Positions 14,401 through 27,323 of a DNA stretch of 64,000 nucleotides are shown here, one piece after another. This DNA is from Ruditapes philippinarum (lineage: Eukaryota), in the NCBI RefSeq assembly GCF_026571515.1, contig NW_026860937.1, positions 1 to 64,000 on the forward strand. Direction: 5' to 3'. The number at the start of each line of letters is the position of its first letter. The first letter of the stretch is position 1. Below the pieces are notes generated by a model that made no database searches, was not told the origin of the DNA, and worked only from the letters and a program-made list of their open reading frames with translations. Made by a program: the position numbers and the translations under genes.

Positions 14401-17400
14401 AACCCATATATTAACTTTAGTTAAATGTTATTATGAAAGATACTACTATTATTTGTAAGATAATGCCACTTAAATAGCCAAAAGTCAGTGTTTTAAATTC
14501 ATTATATTTATCTTCAACAAAAAAATACATGCATTGTAACATATTTCTGTATTTTAATGAAGGCTGAAGAAGTGTTACGACATGAGAAACACTCTTGGTT
14601 ATTAAACCATATTTTGTATCTGGAGGTCCAGGAACTGCTGCTTGATTATGAGTTGAAGAGTCAAGATGTTTCCCTCTCGTCTAGAGATCAACAAGTAAGC
14701 ACTAGCTTTATACAGAATATCATCTGTTTAGGGTTACATATCCTGTAATGCAGGGTTGAGTGTGTATGACCTTTTCCATGCACTGTCATTGTTAATCAAA
14801 TTGCAAGTGCCTGATTATTTGTTTTCAAAAAAAAAAAGATATATAAACATTAAGTGACATTTTGCCTTTCCTCAATATAATTTGGATTAGAATTTTTAGA
14901 TAAAATACATTACATGGTATTGTACAATTGAGTACTACAGAACATGTTTGAATGCATTTAAACAGTTTGAGAAATCATATTATGCTCAATTTTAGGCTTG
15001 TCTTTTATGTTTTCTTGTATTTTATTTCATGTAACAAGCTGTGTATTATTTCATACATTTTCCAGTACAACATAAATATGTAGATATTCACTTACATAAA
15101 TATTTCAGTTTCATAAGATACTACAGCAGTGCCTGACACAAGCTGAGATCGGGGACTATCTAGACTTTAGCCCAGACCCTTGCTCTAAAGCCACCACACT
15201 GGGACTCACGAAACAGGAGCTGTATGACCAGAACCCATACAAAAAGGTAAAAAATAAAGGTATATGTTAACTTACATTGATTTCATGCACAAAGTAAGTA
15301 AAAAGTAGGTAAAGTAGGTAAGTAAAGACTTTATTTAATGAAGTAGGTAAGTAAAGACCTTTATTTACTTTATTTACTTATTTACACATTTGGTTACCAA
15401 TCTTACATATTGACCTCAACAGCATAATTGACAAAATATACACTATTTACATTATGGTTATACAGTGAAATTAAAAAAAAGGATGTTTTTTAATGATTAT
15501 TCAGGGGTGTCAAGTTGGATTCCTTACTTTGTAACTTGAAATATTCATAAAAGATTTAAAATTAGTCATTTAAAGACTGATATTTACAGGTTTAAGGATA
15601 AAGGAAAGTCCTTCTAAGAATATATTTTCTAGTATGTTCCTTAGGATCTTCAAAGCAGTGACCTTCAATAAATGTAGATGAATTGTTTGACTATTGAGTT
15701 ACTTTGGTGCAAGAATTTTAGTTGTTAAAATGTGTTAAAAGTAACCGGCCTTGACCACAATACTTTAACCTATGATCTATATGATTTGAATGATATTGAG
15801 GTCAGTAGGATACTATTACTTTTACCACAAGAAATAAATAACTAAGGAGAACGCTTCAGATTTGGTAGGGAGGTTTTTCAAGACCCTGTTGATTTTTTAG
15901 GTCAGTAGGTCCAAAGCCATGGCTTAGCTGCTACTTTTACCGTCACCGTGAAAACCCTCTTACCTGTTAACATGACTCAAAAACATCAACTAACTATATT
16001 TTGCCATATTCAGATGTCAAATAAAACAATTATACTTGATTTACAGCATTTACAGTCATTACAACAGGCACTTATACCAGAAATAGAGGAAAGATTAAGA
16101 AAAAAATGTGAAACATTAGTTGTAGCCCATGATCCACAGAATTCATCAATGGGTAAGTTTAAAATCTTAATAAACATTACCTTGATAAATTTGTGTAAAA
16201 GACTTTCGATTCATATCAATTCCAAAGTGTTTGACATTAATTTAGGAGTTTTTAATGTTGGTTTCAAATATTTATTAGACAACAATATAGACTTGAGTCT
16301 GACTGCATACACTTGCATGCTGCATGGTTCCTAAGTAAAGTTTAAAAAAAAAATTAAATTCAGAGGGTTACTTTTCTTATATGTTCAGAGATTATAAAAA
16401 ATTCGAAGTAATGACTCTTTTTAAAGTCTGAAACTTTGTGCAGATTATTGTACATATATGTTATCTTATATGTTTCTTGAATGATGATAAACTTTTGCAC
16501 TAATCTCAAATACAATTCCTGCTTAGTTCTACTTAGTTTGTATTATTGTATTTAGTTACTATTTACATTTTTCAAGTGTAAACATAACCATGTGACATGA
16601 TATATTGTATTATATATATATATTTGCAAGACAATGTATTATGTACAAGTCTCAAATAAAATGTCTGTTCTGTTTTGTTATCTCCAATCACAAAAAATCA
16701 CTTGTAAAAATGCATAAATTTAGAATTTATATAAACACTGCTATTAGGTAGTGGAATAAAGATACTCCTGAACTTGACAAATGTTGATTTTTCTAATTTA
16801 ATCTCGGAGTAGGGGTACAAACAATCTTCAGTAGCAATGCTTTAATTCCTATTGTGAACAGTAGTGCTATGTGAAACTATAATGGTAAAGTTTGTTTGTA
16901 CCTCGTAATTAGATTGGAAAAACCCACATTTGCCAAGTTAAAACATTGATGTTAGGCAAACACCAGTACATAGATCTTATTTAGCATATATGTTGTTGAT
17001 GTAGACTATATTAATATTGATGTATTACAGAGAGCACAAAGTTAACGTTCGCCAAATCATCACAATTACCAGCCATTGTAGAGAATGATAAACTTCATCT
17101 AGAAGAGGAAAAACGTCGACTGAAAGAGGACTTTGTGAAGAAGGATAAACAGTTTGCAGCTTATTATCAGGTTTTTCTCTTGATTTTCTTTCCTAGGTTA
17201 AGCATTTAATTCATCCTACTAGCTAACAGAAGGTCTTTTGTTCTGCTCTGAAGCCCACTTGTTCCAGACTTAATGCATAGTTTTGCTATCGGGGTCTTCC
17301 TCTGCAAGCTTGAAGCAAGGATTTGTAACATTTTCTAAGAATATATACAAATGTACTATATACAGACTAGGGTATGAACTTTAATCAATCATGGAAATCC

Positions 17401-20384
17401 AATTTCAATATTCATGGTTTTCAGATTTATTTGGCTGCTGCAAATGAATAGCAATTGTTCAATATAAATCTCAACAATTAACATCCAAAAAAAATTTTAT
17501 CTACAAAAAATATTACACACACAAGGCCATCCTTCAAAAAATGTTTGTTTGCAGTAACGCGACCAACTCACAAAATTTGCCCTACTCAAAAATTTTTTTC
17601 ATGGTCTGGATAAAAAAAAATTATTTTTGAATCAAAAAATTATGCCTTGTGCTTTGTTTTCATTCTTTTAAAGGTTAATAGAAGAAATAAAATGTAGGTC
17701 TTATTAAATTAGAATTCAGTTATCAATTTATTAATTGTTACCAGATTATCAAAGCATATATTGTCCAGCATTTTGAAATTCCATGTTTATTTGGGAGTAC
17801 AGTTCAATAAAAAAAAAATCGACCTACCTACCCACATTGAAAATTCTGGGTCGGGTTACTGCAAACAAACATTTTTATAAGGATGGCCCAAGCCATTGTT
17901 AAAAAATCCCAGGTTACAAAAATGTTGTGTACTGTACTTGCTCAATTTTAGATAATTTGTATTCTCTGTATCTAAATTTTATTGAAGGAATGCAAAATAT
18001 CACCAAATATATTATGATTTGATGAGTATAAATCATTATAATTTGTACAATAGTCAAATTTTCATTTTCAAAAGAGGTTTTAAAATTTTTTCATTCAGAT
18101 ACTATTTTGGTTAACAGCTTTTACTGCTGATGTCACATAGAAAAGTTCATTCACTTTCAACTGTCCAATATAAGATAATTATATTGGACAAGACAGTGTC
18201 CAATATGGAAAAATATTGGATGGTCAAATGGTGTAATAAAAAAACAGCAATTTGATGTTAATAATTGATATATAATGATGTGAAATATTATTATACAAGC
18301 AAATAAGGCTGTATTTTGTGAAATATTATACCGATCTAGTTGCTTTTATAACTTTATTGAAAGTTTAATGAAGTTATTAACTTAAACATTCATGATAATC
18401 TGAACTTTTATTTAGATTGTTTTTTACTTCAGAAACTTTTAGACTCATTAGGCTTGTTGGAAACTCTGATATCTAAATACAAGCTGGAGAAACAATGTGA
18501 GAATGATACTATAACAACAGAATGGCTGTATGCTAAATGTGATGCTATGAGTCTCAAGATAAGGTAAGATGTGTCACTTTAAATCTGCTGTATTTCTTAC
18601 ATGCGCTAGTCTTAATTTCCATTTCTGGAACTGTCTTGTGTGTTTTAGGGATATCACAATGAAAATGTAGTCAGTCAGCTAACAGTGTAGAACCTGGTCA
18701 GACTAGACAGATATGCTGGTGGCTTTCCTGGTTTTATACTGGTGACAAAGGCTGAGCACTTTAGTTTCTGGCATGGTAGGAGTTAATATAGAGAATATTG
18801 GCTTAGGCCTACATGTACCCAATGCAAACATTTGGGGCTTATTCAGCTTTTAATCACTCATACTAATTTTCATCATCAGGAATTTGGGCTGATTTTGCAA
18901 AGCTAGTTTTTATCACTATTAAACTTAAGATTAAATAAATGCGAATTAATGTCTGTGCAAAATATTTGTATTTGTAGGAAATTAACTTTTCTACATTAAA
19001 TTGTAGTTACTAATTAATGCAATTCCTTGATTTTGGTATTGTATTGGTTGATGTTGCAAAGTATAAACCAATCACACTTTTGATTTATTTTGCCGTTTAC
19101 TATTGGCACCAGTTTCCTTCCCCTAAAAACCTTAATTGACTTAGTACATTGATTTCATATAAAGGTTACAAGTAACTGCTCGGGACTATTAAAATATTGA
19201 AAAATTGAAGCTTAACTAATTTTTGAAAAATTAAGTGATTCATAATTTTTACTGTCAGTTAGATGGTAAGACATAACTAACACAAACACACATTTACTTA
19301 TTATATGTTTGTAGTAAAATTTAGCAAAACTCAACCCTTAAAGGACTTTAATATTCCCAAGCTAAAGATGTTCAGAAAAAAGGAATTTATGATACTTTTA
19401 GCGATGGTAAAGATTGTGAACTTCATTTCTTTTATTTGCAGGCTTGTGGAGTTACAGATTTTATGTGATACATATACGATAGAAACAGTACAGTCATTAA
19501 AAATCATCAGGTAAATTATTGTTATACACTGTATAGGTGTGTATGTATACAAGTTGTCCAGTAGTGAGTTGGTTGATCCATTTTAATGCTTCTACTGGGG
19601 GTGTGGGGCATGTAGATTTACTGTTGGTAAAAGTGTAGACTGACAAAACAGTGGAGTGTGAGGACATCTGTTTCTATGGACACATTTCTATTTCCTTGTC
19701 TGGAGCATTACAAACTGTATATTGACATGGACCCTGATAAACTGGTTGTATGTCCACATCTTGGGGATGTATACTTTGTTATGAATGACTTAATTGTCAT
19801 AGATATTAAAATATCCGAAAATGAGGTAATGGATCAATTTTATGTTCAAAATTGAGAGATAAATGTTTATTCTCAGATGAATGGCTTTATACTAAAATTA
19901 GGAGATAAATGTTTTTAATAACAAAATTAGGAAGTGAATTTCGTAATATCTAAAATTATGGTAAAGGAATGTCTTGAAATTTTACAGAATTAGAGGATGA
20001 ATGTCATAAATTAGGTCCAGAATTAGGAAAAAATGCTTTTCATCATAACAATTCATACAGATATTGGATTTAAATAATTTCTTTTTATTGTTCAAAATTT
20101 TAGGGATGAATATATTTTTCTGGAAATCCTTCATGTGGATGACCATGAAACTCTGACACTTATTTTATGCTGTATATATATGCAGGAAACATGTGGATGA
20201 TGCCTATAGAGATAGTGAAAAAGAGAAACTTCACAGGGAACAGGCTATAAAAGCTTATGAGTCGGTCGGGGATGGTTTTGAAGAAATTGTAGCGGAATTT
20301 GGTAAAATGAAGGCTGAGTTAGAAAATAAACAATGGGCATTAGCAGAATTTGATAGAAGTAATCAACAGAAAGGTGCCTCGTGA
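5411..20384 (+). CDS. HAUS4: HAUS augmin-like complex subunit 4, complete, 9 coding exons, 365 aa
   Basis: Exons 5411-5453, 12624-12763, 14563-14694, 15109-15246, 16047-16152, 17031-17170, 18433-18563, 19442-19510, 20186-20384. All introns GT-AG with compatible phases; total 1098 nt. Motifs EIEERLRKKC, AKCDAMSLKIRLVELQILCDTYT and YESVGDGFEEIVAEF...LENKQWALAEF match HAUS4 as recalled. Exon 1 is assigned from phase and position. Confidence 0.93.
6835..6900. repeat. 23-bp tandem repeat, about 3 copies
   Basis: ACAAACCATTTGTAATATTACCA repeated head to tail. Confidence 0.85.
7830..9509. mobile_element. Tandem array (2 full plus 1 partial copy, ~750-bp period) of a piggyBac-like MITE plus a ~117-bp spacer
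   Basis: Units start TTAA|CCTTTTCCC at 7830, 8584 and 9332 and end GGGAAAGGG|TTAA at 8466 and 9214. Copies are near-identical. Confidence 0.75.
10720..11488. mobile_element. hAT-type MITE
   Basis: TIRs TAGAGGTGTCATCGA / TCGATGACACCCCTA; perfect 8-bp TSD TCATAAAT at 10712-10719 and 11489-11496; ATCGAT-rich subterminal regions. Confidence 0.85.
11986..12355 (+). mobile_element. PIF/Harbinger (Tourist-like) MITE, copy 1
   Basis: About 35-bp TIRs starting GGCCATCCTTAAAAAAATGTTTGTTTGCAGTAAC; 3-bp TSD TTA on both sides. Confidence 0.85.
12972..14336 (+). mobile_element. HINE/Helentron-type element with an internal ~165-bp tandem array (HAUS4 intron 2)
   Basis: 5' TTTTAGCTCACCTGTCAC...GTGACAGGGTGAGC hairpin, (GTCC)n microsatellite, monomers marked by GAGCTAGAGCT at ~13247, 13411, 13577, 13746, 13838, 14015, 14180; 3' CAGGTGAGC subTIR, AGGGCCATCATGGCCCT hairpin and CTTGTT end. 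Confidence 0.85.
17525..17888 (-). mobile_element. PIF/Harbinger MITE, copy 2, inverted relative to copy 1
   Basis: Same TIRs; 3-bp TSD CAA at 17522-17524 and 17889-17891; interior is nearly the exact reverse complement of 11986-12355. Confidence 0.85.
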
Positions 20385-22139
20385 GTGAAAGGGACAGACT
20401 TATTCACAATAAGTGATTGTGCGGAATTTAAGAAAATAAATAAAAGCCACTGATAAGTACAATGTTGTGGCCAGTTTAATTTTGTAATAATGGATCTATT
20501 ATATGTTTAAGGCTAATTTATTTTGTTTATATTGAAAGAACATAATGTAATAGATAGTAGATTGAGCTGAAGAGAGTGCTGTTGTTGAAAGGCACATTAT
20601 GGCTAAGAATAGAATTTTTATTTCTTTAGAAGAGTCAAACATGTGTTAAGCAGATTTTTTAGCATATTTGATGCTTATGGGAAGTACATGTTAGTAGAGC
20701 TCAATAAGAAAATAATAAGTGATTAAGGGAGAAAAGTAAGTAAATGGCATTTTGACCCTCCAAATACAAACTCATTTTAACTTTTATATATTTCCAGAAA
20801 GCTAAAAATAGTGTAGCTAAATTTTGTTGTTTTTTTTGTTGTTTATTGTTTCATTTTGCTGTTATAAACAGGCTGTTGTTATTGTATTACAGGGTTGAAA
20901 ACTATTAAGAAATAAAATTGGTGTCAAAATACACAAACAGTAAGCGCAAAATGTGCAAGTAATTTTAATATCTAAGAAATGAAACTTAAAAAAACTGAAC
21001 ATAACAGTTACGTCTTGAATTATGTTTAGAATATTTGTTAAATTATATGAATAAAAAAATTAAAATCGGCAATTTTGTTATATTTGGGCGCAGCTTTAAT
21101 GACAATTACTGTGATTAAAGTTGAGATTTGGGCAATACCTGAAACATGCTTTGTGTGTTAGAAACACCCAGGTCCATTAATTCTCCAACAGTTTATATAG
21201 ATCTATTTGAAGTAAAAGGTTAGATGAAATGTTCAGAGTTCACAGGTCAGCAGCTGAATAATGTAAACATGTCCTTTTCGCATCTGCAGGGAATTCACAT
21301 GTATGGTTTGATACTATTAATTTCTAATATTGGAACTGGAAAATAATACATTTATGGATTTGATTTATACTTGCACAAAAGGACATATGATGACAAACCA
21401 ACATGTTAAGTTGTTCTGATATGACCTTTCTATTGAGATTGCCAGTCAAGGTCAAATTATTGAAATGTGCATAAATTGGCATAACTATTGCGTTTTTATG
21501 GATTTGATTTACTCTTGAACAAAATAACTCGTATAACTTAACTGACATGTTTAATTATCCTGAAATGATTTTGACTTTTATGATCAAATTATTGACATTT
21601 GTTTAAACTTTCATTATACAGAATTTAGTTATAAAATCTACCTAGACAAAAGGACACATGACAAAACAGCGTGTTGAAAATTTCAGCTATAACCTTGACC
21701 CATAATTGACCTTCAATGTAATAATGAAATTTACTTAAATCGTCATAACTTTGTTATTTATTTATGAAATTGGTTTACTCTTTGACAAAAAAACCCACTT
21801 ATTACAAAACTAGCATTGATGATTAATTAAAATCTGACCTGGACCGTCAAGTTTAAGTATTAAATTTTGATTATAATTTGTTTGAGACAGTTATGTTTTC
21901 TAGGACAATATTATTTCTTCAATGTGTTCGACCTTAGAAGTAATAAAAAGTCGAGCGTGGTCCCTGCCTGGCGCTGACTTTTGTCTTATTCACGTTAGAC
22001 GAGACTACGTGATTTATACACAACGTCTAGTTATGGTAGAGTTTAGTTCACAATATCTGTACTTCACCATATCAATTACCATTTTATTGGTCTAGACAGA
22101 AGTACATATATAAAACATTTATTTGCAAAATTAATTGCA

Positions 22140-22222
22140 GTGATCAAGTTAAACGAGATTTGACGTCGTGATTTATTTATTCACGACGACATTGTCATTG
22201 ACGCCAAAGCACTAGCAAGGTA
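22140..22222 (+). pseudogene. Promoter/5' UTR-only fragment of the tandem gene family
   Basis: GTGATCAAGTTAAACGAGATTTGACGTCGTGATTT...CGACATTGTCATTGACGCCAAAGCACTAGCAA aligns with 27177-27270 and 35470-35563; no coding exon follows. Confidence 0.65.
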
Positions 22223-22877
22223 ATGTATTCAGATTAAAAGTTTAGATGAAATGTTCTGATTTCACAGGTAGGTAGCTTAGTAATGAAAACGTCACTTTCT
22301 ATCTGCATAGAATTCACATGTATGATGTTTATTATATTTCAACCGGTACACCATTTTTAACCCAAGTAACACATCCGACGAAGACTGAAATCAAACATGC
22401 CCTGGTAAAATACCTCTAGATCAAATCAATGCCGATTTCCACAAAATACAAAATGGACTATTTTGTATATTGTACCACGCTTCATCTTTATTCTATTCTT
22501 TATCTTAATACTATCTAAATATGTGACCACGCCCACTTTATTCCCGCTACCTGTCACTATCAACACGTGTCTGTGATGTATATAAATTAATAAAATAAAC
22601 AAATGGATAAATAAAATAATTGGTGCAGCATATAACTACTTTGACCAGGCATTGCGAGGGCAGGTGAATAGTAAAAAGCTGCATTATTTCTTGTAGGTCC
22701 CACTCGTTCGTACAAATGCCTGATTTTGCAATATCTGGGGTCTTTTCCTGTTTTGGCGCCATATGACATAAGTTGTGTTGGTACGCCATAAAACTAAACA
22801 CACAAATGCCCTGATGATTTTGCTTAAAATAAGCATGATATGAATACATCCCTTTTTATGTCATATTTGCCATATAC

Positions 22878-25800
22878 AGGAGGGCTTTCTTTGCACAGTC
22901 ATTCCAGAAATTTATGCTGTTTTCAGATATGAAAAATGATATAAAATCGATTGACATCAAATCATGATTTAACAACTTTTTGAATATTTAGAATATGTAA
23001 GGCGTTTTGTCATGCAACAAGACAAAATATGCTAGTTTTGCCCTTTCCTATGATTATTCTTCTGTATCAATAATGGGAGCAAACTGGTTAATTGAAGCAG
23101 ACCAGAATCCTATTAACTTCCGTTACCACACAATTTACATATGCAGAATTCTCGAGATGAACGTTAGGTAAATGTCACATGAAGTTTTTTTTTTAAAAAT
23201 GGTAGGATAGAGTGCTACTTTCTGTCAAATAACTTTGTCAATATGCAGATTGAAGGAAGACAAAACCGCATCCGTTATCCTTGCTTGTGTTTCTACTGTA
23301 TTGACCATAAAAATTACATCGGTAATAATTGTATATGCTTATGTACAAAAATATTGTATTCAAAACAAAGTTGTATCTTTTTGCCAACGAATAAATTAAT
23401 CAATTTCGAATTTATCTTCCGTTACTGTACAGATACACTTTCCTACGACATCAACATCATCAAATATGTATATGGAAGTACAAATATTTTCATATTGATA
23501 CATTTCTGCATTCGTAGAACTAAAGTTTTCACAAAAATAACTTTATCTTTTGATTAAAACTGGTGTTAGAGTTAAATTGTACAGGGTATTAATGAACACT
23601 CACCAGTCAACGATCGAGGCTAATTTTGATTTTACATTATTGCATTTTTATTTATTTATTTATTTATTATATTTATTTTTCATTAGACTAGATCTATTTA
23701 ATTTTTTTTAGCTCACCTGAGCATGCTCAGGGTGAGCTTTTAGGATCGATGATTGTCCGTCGTCCGTCGTCCGTTCACATTTAGTTGTTAACACTCTAGC
23801 GGTCGCATTTTTGCCTCAATCATCATCAACTTTGGTCAGGATGCTTATCTAGTTGATAGCTCGGATGAGTTCGAACATGGGTCATCTCGGATGAAAAACT
23901 AGGTCACAAGAGCTAAAAATAGAAAAACCTTGTTAACACTCTAGAGGTCACATTTTTGCCTCAATCATCATCAAACTTGGTCAGGATGCTAAAAATAGAA
24001 AAATCTTGTAAACACTCTAGTTGCTACTGTTATGATCCAAGTATCTAATAAATAAATATCATCTAGATAAGGATGCTTATCTAGTTGATAGCTCGGATGA
24101 GTTTGAACATGGGTCATCTCGGATGAAAAACTAGGTCACAAGAGCTAAAAATAGAAAAACCATGTTAACACTCTAGCAGTCACATTTTTGTCTCGATCAT
24201 CATCAAACTTGGTCAGGATGCTTATCTAGGCGATAGCTCGGATGAGTTCGAACATGGGTCATCTCGGATCAAAAAGTAGGTCACCGGAGCTAAAAATAGA
24301 AAAACCTTGTTAACACTCTAGCGGTCACATTTTTGCATCAATCATCATCAAACTTGGTCAAGATGCTTGTCTAGGTGATAGCTTGGATGAGTTCGAACAT
24401 GGGTCATTCTGGATGAAAAACTAGGTCACAAGAGCTAAAAATAGAAACACCTTATTAACACTCTAGCGGTCACATTCTTGCCTCAATCATCATCAAACTT
24501 GGTCAGGATGCTTGTCTAGGTGATAGCTCGGATGAGTTCGAACATGGGTACCTCGGATGAAAAAGTAGGTCACCGGAGCTAAAAATAGAAAAATATTGTT
24601 AACACTCTAGCGGTCACATTTTTGCCTCAATCATCATCAAACTTGGTCAGGATGCTTGTCTAGGTGATAGCTTAGATGAGTTCGAATATGGGTCATCTCA
24701 GATGAAAAACTAGGTCACAGGAGCTAAAAATAGAAAAACCTTGTTAACACTCTAGTGGTCACAATTTTGACTCAATTGTCATCAAACTTGGTCAGGAAAC
24801 TTGTCTAGGTCATTGTTGGGATTAAATCGAACATGGGTCATCTCGGATGAAAAAGTAGGTCACCGGAGCTAAAAATAGAAAAAACCTTGTTAACACTCTA
24901 GCGGTCACATTTTTGCATCAATCATCATCAAACTTGGTCAAGATGCTTGTCTAGGTGATAGCTTGGATGAGTTCGAACATGGGTCATTCTGAATGAAAAA
25001 CTAGGTCACAAGAGCTAAAAATAGAAACACCTTATTAACACTCTAGCGGTCACATTCTTGCCTCAATCATCATCAAACTTGGTCAGGATGCTTATCTAGG
25101 TGATAGCTCGGATGAGTTCGAACATGGGTACCTCGGATGAAAAAGTAGGTCACCGGAGCTAAAAATAGAAAAACCTTGTTAACACTCTAGCGGTCACATT
25201 TTTGCCTCAATCATCATCAAACTTGGTCAGGATGCTTGTCTAGGTGATAGCTTAGATGAGTTCAAACATGGGTCATCTCAGATGAAAAACTAGGTCACAG
25301 GAGCTAAAAATAGAAAAACCTTGTTAACACTCTAGTGGTCACAATTTTGACTCTATTGTCATCAAACTTGGTCAGGAAACTTGTCTAGGTCATTGCTGGG
25401 ATTAAATCGAACATGGGTCATCTCGGATGAAAAACTAGGTCACAGGAGCTAAAAATAGAAAAATCTTGTTAACACTCTAGTTGCTACTGTTTACATCCAA
25501 GTATCCTGGAAATTGGTCTGAAAGTTTGTTTTGATGATTTCTAGGTCAAGTTTGAATATGGGTCACCTGGGTAAAAAACTAGGTCACACTGCTCAAATAT
25601 GGATAATCATTGTTAACACTGTAGTGGTCACATTTTTGACTCACCTGTCATGAGACTTGGTCAGAATGCTTGTCTAGGTAAATGTTTGGATGAGTTTGAT
25701 GGGTCAGGTGAGCGATCATGGGCCATCATGGCCCTCTTGTTTTGATTTTGATTTTCTTTTAAAGTTTGCTGGCTTCGAACTAAACAATCATTTAGAGTGT

Positions 25801-26608
25801 TTCAACAATCCTTTATCATCATCCTAGCAAAGGTAGGATAACATTAACCACAAATGTCACGGAAGTTAACAGTAACGGAAGTTAAAAAAAATGTTCTTTG
25901 AAAACAGATTTTTAATATTTATATCAATTAGAAAAAAACAACACTTGTAAACCTTAAACATCATTATGAATCATTAAAGGGAACTTGTACCTCACTATGT
26001 CTCTAAACTTTTGGTCACGGAAGTTAAACACGTTTTTGTTTTTCTCAATGGAAACTGTATGATGGGCTATGATGGTCGACTATGTAACTTTGATAACATT
26101 TAAAGGTAATTTAACAATTTCAAACAAAATTCACTGGTATTTAATCTAAAAAATACGACATTATTGCAGGTACATACCTTTATAAAACAAAGTTTAATAA
26201 CTGTAATGGAAGCTGATACTGTTTTGGCGACATAAAAGTATTAAACCAGGTTGTGAGGTTTTGAACTGGGCTGGACATTTTCCTTCTTTATAAGTACAAG
26301 ATAGGTCTATTTAAATTACTGAGAACAGTTTTTTTCTTAGAAATTTCATTAACCGTTGTCAAGACTCATTTGAAATATACCACCGTTACTAGCGACGGGG
26401 CAAAAGGACAGATTTTGAATATTTAAGCTATTTAAAACACGTTTTGTCGTGTTTTGGCATATTTTCAAGTGTTTAAGCATTTGTACATTATTTCTATCAA
26501 AAGTATCGGTTTACTAAACTTATGAATACATAATAACGTATCCGGACATCAAAAGATTACAAAACAGCATAAATTTCTGGAACAACTGTGTACATTAAAA
26601 CTGGTCCT
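22878..26608. mobile_element. Old ~3.7-kb TIR element containing a nested HINE
   Basis: Inverted match CACAGTCATTCCAGAAATTTATGCTGTTTT (~22894) versus AAAACAGCATAAATTTCTGGAACAACTGTG (26561-26590). Internal TTAACTTCCGT / ACGGAAGTTAA motifs occur in both orientations. No clear TSD. Confidence 0.55.
23703..25741 (+). mobile_element. HINE/Helentron-type element with a ~145-bp satellite array (about 13 monomers)
   Basis: 5' TTTAGCTCACCTGAGCATGCTCAGGGTGAGC, GTCCGTC repeats, AACACTCTAG recurring every ~145 bp; 3' CAGGTGAGC, GGGCCATCATGGCCC hairpin and CTTGTT. Confidence 0.87.
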
Positions 26609-27171
26609 TTGAATGATTCAACTTTGGTGAATACAATTTATTTTCAAATACACGTTCTACATGTCCTGTCTTCTACATGCCATGTCGTGTTTCGGCACAG
26701 ATTTTTAAAAAAGATGGTGGAATATCACAAATTGTCACTAATTAATCAACGTGCACCAGTGCTGGCAAGTGTTTCGGAGGAAGCTAGGAAATTTCTTTAT
26801 AGAAATTCGTGTTCATTATGATAACTGTCCTTGTGATATACATTTGTCCTTAAGACATTTCCCTGTATGCGGAACTCTGGTCGTCCAATGTTATTCCTTA
26901 TAACAAAACATTTTACGAACGATGCTACATTTGTATTCTTACAAGACAGCTGTATCACTTGTTTCATTACATGTTTTCATTAAAGCCGTTGGTGAAAAAA
27001 AAATTTCACTGTAGAATAGACTGTGCGATTTGCGCGCAAAGTCAATCTAAACAGAACTTCCTAAAGATTGTGTGTTTAGTTATTGTGTGGATTTATTAAA
27101 AACATCTATATAAGCCATCTCCTTGATCTCGGAAACGGAAGTGATTGTATGAAACATTTATTTTAAAAAAA

Positions 27172-27323
27172 AAAACGTGATCACGTTAAACGAGATTTGA
27201 CGTCGTGATTTACGTATGACGTTGACGTTGTTTCTACGCGACATTGTCATTGACACCGAAGCAATAGCAAAGAGAATTTATTCACTTAGCAGTTTTCAGC
27301 GATATTTAACGATTTCGACAGTT
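27172..27323 (+). promoter_or_regulatory. CpG-rich promoter/5' UTR of paralog A with CRE-like TGACG sites
   Basis: Palindrome AACGTGATCACGTT, TGACGTCG and TGACGTTGACGT; the block is conserved in front of paralog B and the remnant copy. Confidence 0.55.

Noticed and set aside
23790-25620. Regularly spaced repeats resembling a CRISPR array or ribozyme repeats
   Set aside because: No unique spacers, eukaryotic context and HINE ends; no CUGAUGA...GAAA hammerhead core found.
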